A DNA stretch of 64,000 nucleotides from assembly GCA_964016885.1 (NCBI GenBank), contig OZ024741.1:171244001-171308000 (forward strand). The letters run 5' to 3'. Source of the DNA: Eledone cirrhosa. Lineage: Eukaryota. The translations under genes and the position numbers were made by a program. The notes under the pieces were generated by a model, which worked only from the letters and a program-made list of their open reading frames with translations, made no database searches and was not told the DNA's origin. Of the stretch, positions 59,133 through 64,000 are shown one piece after another; the stretch's first letter is position 1, and every line of letters starts with the position of its first letter.

Positions 59133-59449
59133 ATATTAGTATATTATAAAAAAGAAAAATCAAAAAAATAATGTAAAACCCATGGATACCAAAATATATT
59201 ACAGAAATGCTGTTTGAATACTGACTATTCGTTCAAGATCGATATGAACATTTTAGCATTCACTCAAACCAGATGTTTACAGCACGTGACTATTGATACA
59301 AAAATATTTTTTAATAACCTATATTGAAATAAGATTCTGTGGTCATTATCCTTGTATCGATTGCCAAGAACGGCACGAAATCATGACTTAGCAGTTATCT
59401 AAACTACCATATGCTAACATACTCTATACGCTTTATAATGCATAGCATT

Positions 59450-59482
<33 letters not shown>

Positions 59483-59513
59483 GAAGTGGTTACACAACAG
59501 TTAGTTCACCATA

Positions 59514-59553
59514 CCGAGAACAATTGTTTCACCTTCGCGGATCTTCAGCTCGG
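59514..59553 (-). ncRNA. Minimal type I hammerhead
   Basis: Minus: ccgag-CTGAAGA-tccgcgaaggt-GAAAC-aatt-GTT-ctcgg. Confidence 0.85.
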
Positions 59554-61490
59554 GATATATATGGTTATAGGAACAGGAAGGACAACCGTACGAACGCGCA
59601 TGCGCAGAAACTCGGTCACTTCACACAGGCAATAGTAGACTGCGTGCGGGGGGTGTAAGCGAGATAACTGCGAAAGTCCGGAAAGTTTTTTGGTTGAAAA
59701 TAAAATAAAAAAATAAAAAAATAGAATTACAAAGAATCTGTCCGGAGCCTTGTAGTTATGCAATAGATGTTTGGTGTCGTGTGGACAACGTGTGAAAAAG
59801 TCACTCCTTGTGTTTAGGCAATCACTATTTCGTAATCTCTTTAGGATAGTTATTCGTTCGTCAATACATAAGCCACACGTCGGATTTCTCCTTGCGTATG
59901 GCTTGGACTTAGTGATGGATTTCCATTGAATGGAGTACCCTATACTTGAGTCCTTGAGGGACCATACGTGGCTCGCGAGTTTCGTGGATGAACGTCTGTC
60001 CGGGTATCTGAAGGTAGACTGGTGGTTCAGGAAACGCTCCTTGAATCGTCCCTACGCCATGCCCACATAGGATTTGACCTCCTGTGATTCGTTTGGTCGG
60101 TTGGAAGTGACCACAGCTTCATAGATTACGGCTGGTGCGTTGCATTGTTGTTGAAGGGGGCAAGCTTCAGGATAACAGCAAGAGCACACTGGTGGGGTGT
60201 TGCTCCTAGGGCTGCTCGTGATGTGGGCCTTCATGTTCTTAGCGCAGGAGTATCCTAATTTAACTTTGTGTCGGTTAAAGATGGAGCGGTATTTATGACC
60301 TATGGGGAAGTGTCTATCTAAGAGGGCTAGAAATGTTTTTCCTACATTGGTTTTAACGTTGAGTGAGAAGGGAGGAGAGAACCAGATAGTTTGTCTATTG
60401 ATGCGCTTACTTTTTTTAATGGTGTTGTTGCTAGTGGGAGAGTAGGTGATAGGTTGTGAGAAGCCGCTGTTATCCAACGCCGTGTTATAGTAGGGTGCCG
60501 CCCTGTCAAAGATGGCCTTATTAGAAGAGAGGTTTGAGATTCTAGTACTGATATTCTTAACGAAGTTTCTAAAAACAGTGGGAGGGTGACATGAGTCCTT
60601 GTGAATGTAATTGAGTTTCTTGTTTAGCTTATGGAAGGGCCTGTGAGTGTGTGTGCGATGGTCTAAATTAATGTCTAAGAAATCCACGCTAGAGAGGTTG
60701 GTGGCCACTGTTATGCTAAGGCCTAACTCATTGAAGGTAGAAGCTAAGTCTTTTTTAAACCGGTCGAGGTCGTGACCACTTTTATGGCTCGATAAAATTA
60801 GTACATCGTCACGGTATATTCCCGTGTGGAAGTCCGAGAATCTAACACGTAATATGTCTAAGATAAATAGGCCAACCAAGTCACATACGTCAGGACTGTC
60901 AACCGATCCCATGGAGACGTCGAACAGGTCTGAAGATGTAGACTTCTTTGCCCAGGCTACTCCGTCGTTGAAGAGAAAGGTTTTCCGGTAGTGAGCGATG
61001 ATTTCCCTGTCTAAACCATCGACAGTGGTATAAGTGGTAGCGAAGTCCAACGCTTTATTTAACAGGGTCTCTGAGATCGACGGGTAAAAATCGACAATGT
61101 CAAACTGTGTGAACTTCGCTTTTATGGATTTTAAGGAGTTAAACCACTTAATTACGGAGTCGCTGTTCTCCCATTGGGGCAGGTTGGACTTGGTCCTAAT
61201 GTTCTTAACTATGTTTCTAAGTATGGCCTTACTGACTAGTCCCATATCTGTGCGTGCCGGGTTTATTAGTCTGCATGTGGGGTTAGAAGTAAAGTCTACC
61301 TTGTGATCTTTCAGGGTGAGGAACGCCTCTCGCTTAGCTAGAGATTGTAGCTTCTTATCTACCTTAAGGTCGGAGCCGAGTTCCTTGGCTTCTGTATTAA
61401 TGTCGTGGTAGGCCATAGGGTTAGCTTTCTTATATTTAGAAGTAATAGCGTTATGGGCCAGGTGGCGGAAAGTGGTGTTGTCGACTTCGT
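59545..61490 (-). pseudogene. PLE RT + GIY-YIG reading frame with one in-frame TAG (60052-60054)
   Basis: TLKDHK..CRLINP, FDIVDFYPSI, GIYRDD, FLDI; CSCCYPEAC linker; VIYEA..YVGMA*GRFKERFLNH..CGLC..LNTRSD..RCPH continues in frame. Confidence 0.88.
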
Positions 61491-61500
61491 AAATAATGTG

Positions 61501-62860
<1,360 letters not shown>

Positions 62861-62950
62861 ATATATATACTTTTCCCATCTTGACGTTATAGTCGCATAT
62901 ATGTTATAGAATGCCGTTAGCTTCTTGCTAAAACAATCTCTATACCTCTC

Positions 62951-62986
<36 letters not shown>

Positions 62987-63017
62987 CTATATATATATAT
63001 GTATATATATATATTTG

Positions 63018-63112
<95 letters not shown>

Positions 63113-63116
<4 letters not shown>

Positions 63117-63434
63117 CGTATTTAAGAAAGCCACAACAATGCAAAGGGGAATCTCGAGGTAGGAAGTGAAATATAGATAGGAAAAACATGTGAAAGTGAA
63201 AATTGAGAGAGACAAAGATGAAAACAAAACAAAGATAGAAGGGTTACCGTATTAGAGATTTAATCCCAATATTTCGGGCTCACGCCCATCAACGGGGGAA
63301 AAGTTCCAAAAGGGGGGAAAACAGGCCAAGCGGAGAAAGCGGAGAAAGTTGTGATGTCGTTAAGACAGGAATGCCGTTATTATAACGGCATTCCTGTCTT
63401 AACGACATCACAACTTTCTCCGCTTGGCCTGTTT
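63113..63434. mobile_element. PLE tail (minus) with degenerate HHR and short inverted arm
   Basis: Minus 63264-63299 tccc-CCGTTGA-t-gggc-gtga-gccc-GAAA-ta-TT-ggga; palindrome axis ~63381. Confidence 0.6.
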
Positions 63435-63589
63435 GGAATGTTGTTGTTGTCTGTTGTTGTGTAGAAGCTGATTGTAGAGGTGGGGATACTGATGTTGCTG
63501 TTGGAGATGGGGAAATAAGTTATATTGAGGAAATTGTTGTTGTGTTCTATATTTATGATAAGGTTTTTGTTGGTGACTTTTCTATTTTT

Positions 63590-64000
63590 ATTTAACAGTT
63601 AACCACTCTTCTCCATAGCTACAATCAATATCCGAGTGTGCAAACTTTGTGAAGGGCACTTCTTCCCCTTTTGGTGTGGTTACATACGTTGGTGTTGGTG
63701 TTGGTGTGGAAGATGATGGTAGAGCTCCTACTAATTTTGACGTTATTGAGTCTTTTGTCTGTATTGTGGCTGCTGAGGTTTGATTTACTGCCATTGTGGG
63801 ATTTAGTGTAGGCAGGATAGGGGGTCCCGTTTGCATCGTGGAGCACAAAGCCCTCAGGTGTGTTTTTTGCGCTACATGTGTGCCACTTTGGCCTTCTGAC
63901 GGTCATTGGGACCTGGGTGCCATCCACATAGCCTATTAAGTCGGAGATGGCCTCAATATTCTATTGAATTGTTTAGATGAGTAGTTCCATCCCCAATCCT
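63590..64000 (-). pseudogene. Possible LINE ORF1 (gag-like zinc knuckle) remnant
   Basis: RRPKWHTCSAK/THLRALC across a frameshift resembles CxxCxxxxHxxxxC. Confidence 0.4.

Larger units (their letters stand above)
59482..61500 (-). mobile_element. 5'-truncated PLE (family H, probably Hydra-clade-like)
   Basis: RT-EN reading frame plus terminal HHR; 3' end at (TA)n. Confidence 0.88.

Noticed and set aside
60052-60054. Recoded stop (selenocysteine) in the PLE ORF
   Set aside because: The codon is TAG, not TGA, and not at a Cys position; a point mutation is simpler.

Overview
AT-rich, microsatellite-dense animal DNA, probably an octopod cephalopod judging from the tRNA-derived SINE; no host protein-coding exon could be supported. 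The window is dominated by Penelope-like elements (PLEs) and their non-coding derivatives, inserted almost always into (TA)n tracts. It holds one near-full-length PLE with 318-bp pseudo-LTRs (17281-21683, minus), several truncated or decayed PLEs of other lineages, about 12 SINE copies, and RTE, CR1-like, Tx1-like and RLE-type LINE remnants. The main signal is about 30 type I hammerhead ribozyme (HHR) motifs, read by eye, from more than a dozen distinct sequence families. They sit in pseudo-LTRs, in ORF-less tandem units of about 440-590 bp and 2851 bp (retrozyme-like), and in short palindromes. Insertions recur as head-to-head pairs with both 3' tails facing outward into (TA)n, sometimes joining different families, and several junctions fall within a few nt of a predicted ribozyme cleavage site. 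This suggests ribozyme-processed RNAs are copied and stitched together by PLE reverse transcriptase. Folding and family assignments are manual and untested, and boundaries next to microsatellites are approximate.
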